Assembly: GCF_964355755.1 (NCBI RefSeq)
Contig: NC_092678.1
Location: 10,662,352-10,726,351 of the forward strand
Direction: 5' to 3'
Length of the DNA: 64,000 bases
From: Antedon mediterranea
Lineage: Eukaryota; Animalia; Echinodermata
Shown here one piece after another: positions 50,601 to 63,245 of the stretch (positions are counted from its first letter, which is position 1; every line of letters starts with the position of its first letter). The notes under the pieces were generated by a model, which was not told where the DNA came from, made no database searches, and saw only the letters and a program-made list of their open reading frames with translations. The position numbers and the translations under genes were made by a program.

Positions 50601-53600
50601 AAAATCACAAAATGGTCTAAAACGTCTCAAAATGCGATTTGAAGGTATTCTGAGCACTTTGGTGTTTTTGTGTGAAAAGTTTTAACGAAATGCTCAAAAT
50701 GGTCTAAAACGGTTTCTAATGTGATTTTAACCACTTTGATGTTTTTGTGTAACCAAGTTTTTTCGAAAATCACAAAATGGTCTAAAACGTCTCCAAATGC
50801 GATTTGAAGCTATTCTGTACACTTTGATGTTTTGTGTGAAAAAAGTTTTGTCGAAATGCTCAAAATGGTCTCAAACGTTTTTAAAACGATATTAAGCTAT
50901 TTTATGCTCTTTGATGTTTTTGTGTAACCAAGTTTTTTCGAAAATCACAAAATTGTCTAAAACGTCTCCGAATGCGATTTGAAGCTCTTCTGTACACTTT
51001 GATGTTTTGTGTGAAAAAGTTTTCTCGAAATGCTAAAAATGGTCTAAAACGTTTTCCAATACCATATTAAGCTATTTTGTGCAATTTGATGTTTTTGTGT
51101 AACCAAGTTTTTTCGAAAATCACAAAATGGTCTAAAACGTCTCCAAATGCGATTTGAAGATATTCTGAGCACTTTGGTGTTTTTATGTTAAAAAGTTTTT
51201 TGGAAAATCACAAAATGGTCTAAAACGACTCCAAATGCGATTTGAAGCTATCCTGTACACTTTGATGTTTTGTGTGAAAAAGTTTTGTCGAAATGCTCAA
51301 AATGATCTAAAACGTTTTTAAAACGATATTAAGCTATTTTGTGCTCTTTGATGTTTTTGTGTATCCAAGTTTCATCGAAATGAACAAAATGGTCTAAAAC
51401 GTCTCCAAATGCGATTTGAAGGTATTCTGAGCACTTTGGTGTTTTTGTGTGAAAAGTTTTAACGAAATGCTCAAAATGGTCTAAAACGGTTTCTAATGTG
51501 ATTTTAACCACTTTGATGTTTTTGTGTAACCAAGTTCTTTTCGAAAATCACAAAATGGTCTAAAACGTCTCCAAATGCTATTTGAAGCTTTTCTAAGCAC
51601 TTTGGTGTTTTTATGTTAAAAAGTTTTTTCGAAAATCACAAAATGGTCTAAAACGTCTCCAAATGCGATTTGAAGCTCTTCTGTACACTTTGATGTTTTG
51701 TGTGAAAAAGTTTTGTCGAAATGCTCAAAATGGTCTAAAACGTTTTTAAATACGATATTAAGCTGTTTTGTGCACTTTGATGATTTGTGTGAAAAGTTTT
51801 AACGAAATGTTCAAAATAGTCTAAAACGGTTTCTAATGTGATTTTAAGCACTTTGATGTTTTTGTGTAACCAAGTTTTTTCGGAAATCACAAAATGGTCT
51901 AAAACGTCTCAAAATGCGATTTGAAGCTTTTCTAAGCACTTTGGTGTTTTTATGTTAACAAGTTTTTTCGAAAATCACAAAATGGTCTAAAACGTCTCAA
52001 AATGCGATTGAAGGTATTCTGAGCACTTTGGTGTTTTTGTGTGAAAAGTTTTAACGAAATGCTCAAAATGGTCTAAAACGGTTCTAATGTGATTTTAAGC
52101 ACTTTGATGTTTTTGTATAACCAAGTTTCATCGAAATGCTCAAAATGATGTAAAACGTTTTTAAAACGATATTAAGCTATTTTGTGCTCTTTGATGTTTT
52201 TGTGTAACCAAGTTTTTTCGAAAATCACAAAATGGTCTAAAACGTCTCCAAATGCGATTTGAAGCTTTTCTAAGCACTTTGGTGTTTTTATGTTAAGTTT
52301 TTTCGAAAATCACAAAATGGTCTAAAACGTCTCAAAATGCGATTTGAAGGTATTCTGAGCACTTTGGTGTTTTTGTGTGAAAAGTTTTAACGAAATGCTC
52401 AAAATGGTCTAAAACGGTTTCTAATGTGATTTTAACCACTTTGATGTTTTTGTGTAACCAAGTTTTTTCGAAAATCACAAAATGGTCTAAAACGTCTCCA
52501 AATGCGATTTGAAGCTTTTCTAAGCACTTTGGTGTTTTTATGTTAACAAGTTTTTTCGAAAATCACAAAATGGTCTAAAACGTCTCAAATAGCGATTTGA
52601 AGCTATTCTGTACACTTTGATGTTTTGTGTGAAAAAAGTTTTGTCGAAATGCTCAAAATGGTCTAAAACGTTTTTAAAACGATATTAAGCTATTTTGTGC
52701 TCTTTGATGTTTTTGTGTAACCAAGTTTTATCGAAATGAACAAAATGGTCTAAAACGTCTCCAAATGCGATTTGAAGCTTTTCCAAGCACTTTGCTGTTT
52801 TTATGTTAACAAGTTTTTTCGAAAATCACAAAATGGTCTAAAACGTCTCCAAATGCGATTTGAAGATATTCTGAGCACTTTGGTGTTTTTATGTTAAAAA
52901 GTTTTTTCGAAAATCACAAAATGGTCTAAAACGTCTCCAAATGCGATTTGAAGCTATTCTATACACTTTGATGTTTTGTGTAAAAAATTTTGTCGAAATG
53001 CTCAAAATGGTTTAAAACGTTTTTAAAACGATATTAAGCTATTTTGTGCTCTTTGATGTTTTTGTGTAACCAAGTTTCATCGAAATGAACAAAATGGTCT
53101 AAAACGTCTCCAAATGCGATTTGAAGCTTTTCCAAGCACTTTGCTGTTTTTATGTTAACAAGTTTTTTCGAAAATCACAAAATTGTCTAAAACGTCTCAA
53201 AATGCGATTTGAAGGTATTCTGAGCACTTTGGTGTTTTTGTGTGAAAAGTTTTAACGAAAAGCTCAAAATGGTCTAAAACGGTTCTAATGTGATTTTAAG
53301 CACTTTGATGTTTTTGTACAACCAAGTTTCATCGAAATGCTCAAAATGGTCTAAAACGTTTTTAAAACGATATTAAGCTATTTTGTGCTCTTTGATGTTT
53401 TTGTGTAACCAAGTTTTTTCGAAAATCACAAAATGGTCTAAAACGTCTCCAAATGCGATTTGAAGCTTTTCTAAGCACTTTGGTGTTTTTATGTTAACAA
53501 GTTTTTTCGAAAATCACAAAATGGTCTAAAACGTCTCAAAATGCGATTTGAAGGTATTCTGAGCACTTTGGTGTTTTTGTGTGAAAAGTTTTAACGAAAT

Positions 53601-54965
53601 GCTCAAAATGGTCTAAAACGGTTTCTAATGTGATTTTAACCACTTTGATGTTTTTGTGTAACCAAGTTCTTTTCGAAAATCACAAAATGGTCTAAAACGT
53701 CTCCAAATGCGATTTGAAGCTTTTCTAAGCACTTTGGTGTTTTTATGTTAACAAGTTTTTTCGAAAATCACAAAATGGTCTAAAACGTCTCAAAATGCGA
53801 TTTGAAGGTATTCTGAGCACTTTGGTGTTTTTGTGTGAAAAGTTTTAACGAAATGCTCAAAATGGTCTAAAACGGTTTCTAATGTGATTTTAACAACTTT
53901 GATGTTTTTGTGTAACCAAGTTTTTTCGAAAATCACAAAATGGTCTAAAACGTCTCCAAATGCGATTTGAAGCTTTTCTAAGCACTTTGGTGTTTTTATG
54001 TTAACAAGTTTTTTCGAAAATCACAAAATGGTCTAAAACGTCTCCAAATGCGATTTGAAGATATTCTGAGCACTTTGGTGTTTTTCTGTTAAAAAGTATT
54101 TTCGAAAATCACAAAATGGTCTAAAACGTCTCCAAATGCAATTTGAAGCTATTCTGTACACTTTGATGTTTTGTGTGAAAAAGTTTTGTCAAAATGCTCA
54201 AAATGGTCTAAAACGTTTTTAAAACGATATTAAGATATTTTGTGCTCTTTGATGTTTTTGTATAACCAAGTTTTTTCGAAAATCACAAAATGGTCTAAAA
54301 CGTCTCCAAATGCGATTTGAAGCTTTTCTAAACACTTTGGTGTTTTTATGTTAACAAGTTTTTTCGAAAATCACAAAATGGTCTAAAACGTCTCCAAATC
54401 CGATTTGAAGCTATTCTGTACACTTTGATGTTTTGTGTGAAAAAGTTTTGTCGAAATGCTCAAAATGGTCTAAAACGTTTTGAAAACGATATTAAGCTAT
54501 TTTGTGCTCTTTGATGTTTTTGTGTAACCAAGTTTCATCGATATGAACAAAATGGTCTAAAACGTCTCAAAATGCGATTTGAAGGTATTCTGAGCACTTT
54601 GGTGTTTTTGGGTGAAAAGTTTTAACGAAATGCTCAAAATGGTCTAAAACGGTTTCTAATGTGATTTTAAGCACTTTGAAGTATTTGTAAAAACAAGTTT
54701 CATCGAAATGCACAAAATAGTCTAAAACGTCTCCAAATGCGATTTGAAGCTTTTCTAAGCACTTTGGTGTTTTTATGTTAACAAGTTTTTTTCGAAAATC
54801 ACAAAATGGTCTAAAACGTCTCCAAATGCGATTTGAAGATATTCTGAGCACTTTGGTGTTTTTATGTTAAAAAGTATTTTCGAAAATCACAAAATGGTCA
54901 AAAACGTCTCCAAATGCGATTTGAAGCTCTTCTGTACACTTTGATGTTTTGTGTGAAAAAGTTTA

Positions 54966-57900
54966 GTCGAAATGCTCAAAATGGTCTAAAACGTTTTTAA
55001 AACGATATTAAGCTATTTTGTGCTCTTTGATGTTTTTGTGTAACCAAGTTTCATCGAAATGAACAAAATGGTCTAAAACGTCTCCAAATGCGATTTGAAG
55101 CTTTTCTAAGCACTTTGGTGTTTTTATGTTAACAAGTTTTTTCGAAAATCACAAAATGGTCTAAAACGTCTCCAAATGCGATTTGAAGATATTCTGAGCA
55201 CTTTGCTGTTTTTATGTTAACAAGTTTTTTCGAAAATCACAAAATGGTCTAAAACGTCTCAAAATGCTATTTGAAGGTATTCTGAGCACTTTGGTGTTTT
55301 TGTGTGAAAAGTTTTAACGAAATGCTCAAAATGGTCTAAAACGGTTCTAATGTGATTTTAAACACTTTGATGTTTTGTGTGAAAAAGTTTTGTCAAAATG
55401 CTCAAAATGGTCTAAAACGTTTTTAAAACGATATTAAGCTATTTTGTGCTCTTTGATGTTTTTGTATAACCAAGTTTTTTCGAAAATCACAAAATGGTCT
55501 AAAACGTCTCCAAATGCGATTTGAAGATATTCTGAGCACTTTGGTGTTTTTATGTTAAAAAGTTTTTTCGAAAATCACAAAATGGTCTAAAACGTCTCCA
55601 AATGCGATTTGAAGATATTCTGAGCACTTTGGTGTTTTTATGTTAAAAAGTTTTTTCGAAAATCACAAAATGGTCTAAAACGTCTCCAAATGCGATTTGA
55701 AGCTATTCTATACACTTTGATGTTTTGTGTTAAAAAGTTTTGTCGAAATGCTCAAAATGGTTTAAAACGTTTTTAAAACGATATTAAGCTATTTTGTGCT
55801 CTTTGATGTTTTTGTGTAACCAAGTTTCATCGAAATGAACAAAATGGTCTAAAACGTCTCCAAATGCGATTTGAAGCTTTTCCAAGCACTTTGCTGTTTT
55901 TATGTTAACAAGTTTTTTCGAAAATCACAAAATTGTCTAAAACGTCTCAAAATGCGATTTGAAGGTATTCTGAGCACTTTGGTGTTTTTGTGTGAAAAGT
56001 TTTAACGAAAAGCTCAAAATGGTCTAAAACGGTTCTAATGTGATTTTAAGCACTTTGATGTTTTTGTACAACCAAGTTTCATCGAAATGCTCAAAATGGT
56101 CTAAAACGTTTTTAAAACGATATTAAGCTATTTTGTGCTCTTTGATGTTTTTGTGTAACCAAGTTTTTTCGAAAATCACAAAATGGTCTAAAACGTCTCC
56201 AAATGCGATTTGAAGCTTTTCTAAGCACTTTGGTGTTTTTATGTTAACAAGTTTTTTCGAAAATCACAAAATGGTCTAAAACGTCTCAAAATGCGATTTG
56301 AAGGTATTCTGAGCACTTTGGTGTTTTTGTGTGAAAAGTTTTAACGAAATGCTCAAAATGGTCTAAAACGGTTTCTAATGTGATTTTAACCACTTTGATG
56401 TTTTTGTGTAACCAAGTTCTTTTCAAAAATCACAAAATGGTCTAAAACGTCTCCAAATGCGATTTGAAGCTTTTCTAAGCACTTTGGTGTTTTTATGTTA
56501 ACAAGTTTTTTCGAAAATCACAAAATGGTCTAAAACGTCTCAAAATGCGATTTGAATTTATTCTGAGCACTTTGGTGTTTTTGTGTGAAAAGTTTTAACG
56601 AAATGCTCAAAATGGTCTAAAATGGTTTCTAATGTGATTTTAACCACTTTGATGTTTTTGTGTAACCAAGTTTTTTCGAAAATCACAAAATGGTCTAAAA
56701 CATCTCCAAATGCGATTTGAAGCTTTTCTAAGCACTTTGGTGTTTTTATGTTAACAAGTTTTTTCGAAAATCACAAAATGGTCTAAAACGTCTCCAAATG
56801 CGATTTGAAGCTTTTCCAAGCACTTTGCTGTTTTTATGTTAACAATTTTTTTCGAAAATCATAAAATGGTCTAAAACGTCTCCAAATGCGATTTGAAGCT
56901 ATTCTGTACACTTTGATGTTTTGTGTGAAAAGTTTTGTCGAAATGCTCAAAATGGTCTAAAACGTTTTTAAAACGATATTAAGCTATTTTGTGCTCTTTG
57001 ATGTTTTTGTGTAACCAAGTTTCATCGAAATGAACAAAATGGTCTAAAACGTCTCCAAATGCGATTTGAAGCTTTTCTAAGCACTTTGGTGTTTTTATGT
57101 TAACAAGTTTTTTCGAAAATCACAAAATGGTCTAAAACGTCTCCAAATGCGATTTGAAGATATTCTGAGCACTTTGCTGTTTTTATGTTAACAAGTTTTT
57201 TCGAAAATCACAAAATGGTCTAAAACGTCTCAAAATGCTATTTGAAGGTATTCTGAGCACTTTGGTGTTTTTGTGTGAAAAGTTTTAACGAAATGCTCAA
57301 AATGGTCTAAAACGGTTCTAATGTGATTTTAAACACTTTGATGTTTTGTGTGAAAAAGTTTTGTCAAAATGCTCAAAATGGTCTAAAACGTTTTTAAAAC
57401 GATATTAAGCTATTTTGTGCTCTTTGATGTTTTTGTATAACCTAGTTTTTTCGAAAATCACAAAATGGTCTAAAACGTCTCCAAATGCGATTTGAAGATA
57501 TTCTGAGCACTTTGGTGTTTTTATGTTAAAAAGTTTTTTCGAAAATCACAAAATGGTCTAAAACGTCTCCAAATGCGATTTGAAGATATTCTGAGCACTT
57601 TGGTGTTTTTATGTTAAAAAGTTTTTTCGAAAATCACAAAATGGTCTAAAACGTCTCCAAATGCGATTTGAAGCTATTCTATACACTTTGATGTTTTGTG
57701 TTAAAAAGTTTTGTCGAAATGCTCAAAATGGTTTAAAACGTTTTTAAAACGATATTAAGCTATTTTGTGCTCTTTGATGTTTTTGTGTAACCAAGTTTCA
57801 TCGAAATGAACAAAATGGTCTAAAACGTCTCCAAATGCGATTTGAAGCTTTTCCAAGCACTTTGCTGTTTTTATGTTAACAAGTTTTTTCGAAAATCACA

Positions 57901-60900
57901 AAATTGTCTAAAACGTCTCAAAATGCGATTTGAAGGTATTCTGAGCACTTTGGTGTTTTTGTGTGAAAAGTTTTAACGAAAAGCTCAAAATGGTCTAAAA
58001 CGGTTCTAATGTGATTTTAAGCACTTTGATGTTTTTGTACAACCAAGTTTCATCGAAATGCTCAAAATGGTCTAAAACGTTTTTAAAACGATATTAAGCT
58101 ATTTTGTGCTCTTTGATGTTTTTGTGTAACCAAGTTTTTTCGAAAATCACAAAATGGTCTAAAACGTCTCCAAATGCGATTTGAAGCTTTTCTAAGCACT
58201 TTGGTGTTTTTATGTTAACAAGTTTTTTCGAAAATCACAAAATGGTCTAAAACGTCTCAAAATGCGATTTGAAGGTATTCTGAGCACTTTGGTGTTTTTG
58301 TGTGAAAAGTTTTAACGAAATGCTCAAAATGGTCTAAAACGGTTTCTAATGTGATTTTAACCACTTTGATGTTTTTGTGTAACCAAGTTCTTTTCGAAAA
58401 TCACAAAATGGTCTAAAACGTCTCCAAATGCGATTTGAAGCTTTTCTAAGCACTTTGGTGTTTTTATGTTAACAAGTTTTTTCGAAAATCACAAAATGGT
58501 CTAAAACGTCTCAAAATGCGATTTGAAGGTATTCTGAGCACTTTGGTGTTTTTGTGTGAAAAGTTTTAACGAAATGCTCAAAATGGTCTAAAATGGTTTC
58601 TAATGTGATTTTAACCACTTTGATGTTTTTGTGTAACCAAGTTTTTTCGAAAATCACAAAATGGTCTAAAACATCTCCAAATGCGATTTGAAGCTTTTCT
58701 AAGCACTTTGGTGTTTTTATGTTAACAAGTTTTTTCGAAAATCACAAAATGGTCTAAAACGTCTCCAAATGCGATTTGAAGCTTTTCCAAGCACTTTGCT
58801 GTTTTTATGTTAACAATTTTTTTCGAAAATCATAAAATGGTCTAAAACGTCTCCAAATGCGATTTGAAGCTATTCTGTACACTTTGATGTTTTGTGTGAA
58901 AAGTTTTGTCGAAATGCTCAAAATGGTCTAAAACGTTTTTAAAACGATATTAAGCTATTTTGTGCTCTTTGATGTTTTTGTGTAACCAAGTTTCATCGAA
59001 ATGAACAAAATGGTCTAAAACGTCTCCAAATGCGATTTGAAGCTTTTCTAAGCACTTTGGTGTTTTTATGTTAACAAGTTTTTTCGAAAATCACAAAATG
59101 GTCTAAAACGTCTCCAAATGCGATTTGAAGATATTCTGAGCACTTTGCTGTTTTTATGTTAACAAGTTTTTTCGAAAATCACAAAATGGTCTAAAACGTC
59201 TCAAAATGCTATTTGAAGGTATTCTGAGCACTTTGGTGTTTTTGTGTGAAAAGTTTTAACGAAATGCTCAAAATGGTCTAAAACGGTTCTAATGTGATTT
59301 TAAACACTTTGATGTTTTGTGTGAAAAAGTTTTGTCAAAATGCTCAAAATGGTCTAAAACGTTTTTAAAACGATATTAAGCTATTTTGTGCTCTTTGATG
59401 TTTTTGTATAACCAAGTTTTTTCGAAAATCACAAAATGGTCTAAAACGTCTCCAAATGCGATTTGAAGATATTCTGAGCACTTTGGTGTTTTTATGTTAA
59501 AAAGTTTTTTCGAAAATCACAAAATGGTCTAAAACGTCTCCAAATGCGATTTGAAGATATTCTGAGCACTTTGGTGTTTTTATGTTAAAAAGTTTTTTCG
59601 AAAATCACAAAATGGTCTAAAACGTCTCCAAATGCGATTTGAAGCTATTCTATACACTTTGATGTTTTGTGTTAAAAAGTTTTGTCGAAATGCTCAAAAT
59701 GGTTTAAAACGTTTTTAAAACGATATTAAGCTATTTTGTGCTCTTTGATGTTTTTGTGTAACCAAGTTTCATCGAAATGAACAAAATGGTCTAAAACGTC
59801 TCCAAATGCGATTTGAAGCTTTTCCAAGCACTTTGCTGTTTTTATGTTAACAAGTTTTTTCGAAATTCACAAAATTGTCTAAAACGTCTCAAAATGCGAT
59901 TTGAAGGTATTCTGAGCACTTTGGTGTTTTTGTGTGAAAAGTTTTAACGAAAAGCTCAAAATGGTCTAAAACGGTTCTAATGTGATTTTAAGCACTTTGA
60001 TGTTTTTGTACAACCAAGTTTCATCGAAATGCTCAAAATGGTCTAAAACGTTTTTAAAACGATATTAAGCTATTTTGTGCTCTTTGATGTTTTTGTGTAA
60101 CCAAGTTTTTTCGAAAATCACAAAATGGTCTAAAACGTCTCCAAATGCGATTTGAAGCTTTTCTAAGCACTTTGGTGTTTTTATGTTAACAAGTTTTTTC
60201 GAAAATCACAAAATGGTCTAAAACGTCTCAAAATGCGATTTGAAGGTATTCTGAGCACTTTGGTGTTTTTGTGTGAAAAGTTTTAACGAAATGCTCAAAA
60301 TGGTCTAAAACGGTTTCTAATGTGATTTTAACCACTTTGATGTTTTTGTGTAACCAAGTTCTTTTCGAAAATCACAAAATGGTCTAAAACGTCTCCAAAT
60401 GCGATTTGAAGCTTTTCTAAGCACTTTGGTGTTTTTATGTTAACAAGTTTTTTCGAAAATCACAAAATGGTCTAAAACGTCTCAAAATGCGATTTGAAGG
60501 TATTCTGAGCACTTTGGTGTTTTTGTGTGAAAAGTTTTAACGAAATGCTCAAAATGGTCTAAAATGGTTTCTAATGTGATTTTAACCACTTTGATGTTTT
60601 TGTGTAACCAAGTTTTTTCGAAAATCACAAAATGGTCTAAAACATCTCCAAATGCGATTTGAAGCTTTTCTAAGCACTTTGGTGTTTTTATGTTAACAAG
60701 TTTTTTCGAAAATCACAAAATGGTCTAAAACGTCTCCAAATGCGATTTGAAGCTTTTCCAAGCACTTTGCTGTTTTTATGTTAACAATTTTTTTCGAAAA
60801 TCATAAAATGGTCTAAAACGTCTCCAAATGCGATTTGAAGCTATTCTGTACACTTTGATGTTTTGTGTGAAAAGTTTTGTCGAAATGCTCAAAATGGTCT

Positions 60901-63245
60901 AAAACGTTTTTAAAACGATATTAAGCTATTTTGTGCTCTTTGATGTTTTTGTGTAACCAAGTTTCATCGAAATGAACAAAATGGTCTAAAACGTCTCCAA
61001 ATGCGATTTGAAGCTTTTCTAAGCACTTTGGTGTTTTTATGTTAACAAGTTTTTTCGAAAATCACAAAATGGTCTAAAACGTCTCCAAATGCGATTTGAA
61101 GATATTCTGAGCACTTTGCTGTTTTTATGTTAACAAGTTTTTTCGAAAATCACAAAATGGTCTAAAACGTCTCAAAATGCTATTTGAAGGTATTCTGAGC
61201 ACTTTGGTGTTTTTGTGTGAAAAGTTTTAACGAAATGCTCAAAATGGTCTAAAACGGTTCTAATGTGATTTTAAACACTTTGATGTTTTGTGTGAAAAAG
61301 TTTTGTCAAAATGCTCAAAATGGTCTAAAACGTTTTTAAAACGATATTAAGCTATTTTGTGCTCTTTGATGTTTTTGTATAACCAAGTTTTTTCGAAAAT
61401 CACAAAATGGTCTAAAACGTCTCCAAATGCGATTTGAAGATATTCTGAGCACTTTGGTGTTTTTATGTTAAAAAGTTTTTTCGAAAATCACAAAATGGTC
61501 TAAAACGTCTCCAAATGCGATTTGAAGATATTCTGAGCACTTTGGTGTTTTTATGTTAAAAAGTTTTTTCGAAAATCACAAAATGGTCTAAAACGTCTCC
61601 AAATGCGATTTGAAGCTATTCTATACACTTTGATGTTTTGTGTTAAAAAGTTTTGTCGAAATGCTCAAAATGGTTTAAAACGTTTTTAAAACGATATTAA
61701 GCTATTTTGTGCTCTTTGATGTTTTTGTGTAACCAAGTTTCATCGAAATGAACAAAATGGTCTAAAACGTCTCCAAATGCGATTTGAAGCTTTTCCAAGC
61801 ACTTTGCTGTTTTTATGTTAACAAGTTTTTTCGAAAATCACAAAATTGTCTAAAACGTCTCAAAATGCGATTTGAAGGTATTCTGAGCACTTTGGTGTTT
61901 TTGTGTGAAAAGTTTTAACGAAAAGCTCAAAATGGTCTAAAACGGTTCTAATGTGATTTTAAGCACTTTGATGTTTTTGTACAACCAAGTTTCATCGAAA
62001 TGCTCAAAATGGTCTAAAACGTTTTTAAAACGATATTAAGCTATTTTGTGCTCTTTGATGTTTTTGTGTAACCAAGTTTTTTCGAAAATCACAAAATGGT
62101 CTAAAACGTCTCCAAATGCGATTTGAAGCTTTTCTAAGCACTTTGGTGTTTTTATGTTAACAAGTTTTTTCGAAAATCACAAAATGGTCTAAAACGTCTC
62201 AAAATGCGATTTGAAGGTATTCTGAGCACTTTGGTGTTTTTGTGTGAAAAGTTTTAACGAAATGCTCAAAATGGTCTAAAACGGTTTCTAATGTGATTTT
62301 AACCACTTTGATGTTTTTGTGTAACCAAGTTCTTTTCGAAAATCACAAAATGGTCTAAAACGTCTCCAAATGCGATTTGAAGCTTTTCTAAGCACTTTGG
62401 TGTTTTTATGTTAACAAGTTTTTTCGAAAATCACAAAATGGTCTAAAACGTCTCAAAATGCGATTTGAAGGTATTCTGAGCACTTTGGTGTTTTTGTGTG
62501 AAAAGTTTTAACGAAATGCTCAAAATGGTCTAAAATGGTTTCTAATGTGATTTTAACCACTTTGATGTTTTTGTGTAACCAAGTTTTTTCGAAAATCACA
62601 AAATGGTCTAAAACATCTCCAAATGCGATTTGAAGCTTTTCTAAGCACTTTGGTGTTTTTATGTTAACAAGTTTTTTCGAAAATCACAAAATGGTCTAAA
62701 ACGTCTCCAAATGCGATTTGAAGCTTTTCCAAGCACTTTGCTGTTTTTATGTTAACAATTTTTTTCGAAAATCATAAAATGGTCTAAAACGTCTCCAAAT
62801 GCGATTTGAAGCTATTCTGTACACTTTGATGTTTTGTGTGAAAAGTTTTGTCGAAATGCTCAAAATGGTCTAAAACGTTTTTAAAACGATATTAAGCTAT
62901 TTTGTGCTCTTTGATGTTTTTGTGTAACCAAGTTTCATCGAAATGAACAAAATGGTCTAAAACGTCTCCAAATGCGATTTGAAGCTTTTCTAAGCACTTT
63001 GGTGTTTTTATGTTAACAAGTTTTTTCGAAAATCACAAAATGGTCTAAAACGTCTCCAAATGCGATTTGAAGATATTCTGAGCACTTTGCTGTTTTTATG
63101 TTAACAAGTTTTTTCGAAAATCACAAAATGGTCTAAAACGTCTCAAAATGCTATTTGAAGGTATTCTGAGCACTTTGGTGTTTTTGTGTGAAAAGTTTTA
63201 ACGAAATGCTCAAAATGGTCTAAAACGGTTCTAATGTGATTTTAA
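54966..63245 (+). repeat. Tandem higher-order repeat: 23 monomers, 1,971 bp, ~4.2 copies
   Basis: The diagnostic variant AATGGTTTCT occurs at 56621, 58592, 60563 and 62534 (each +1971), and CATCTCC shows the same spacing. I counted 23 monomers, and their lengths sum to 1971. Confidence 0.95.

Noticed and set aside
2104-54851. Repeated 60-94-aa minus-strand ORFs (MEKLQIAFGD..., MVKITLETV...)
   Set aside because: They are chance stop-free readings of the satellite. They mostly open on non-ATG codons, have no recognisable domain, are broken by frequent 1-bp indels, and recur only because the DNA blocks recur.
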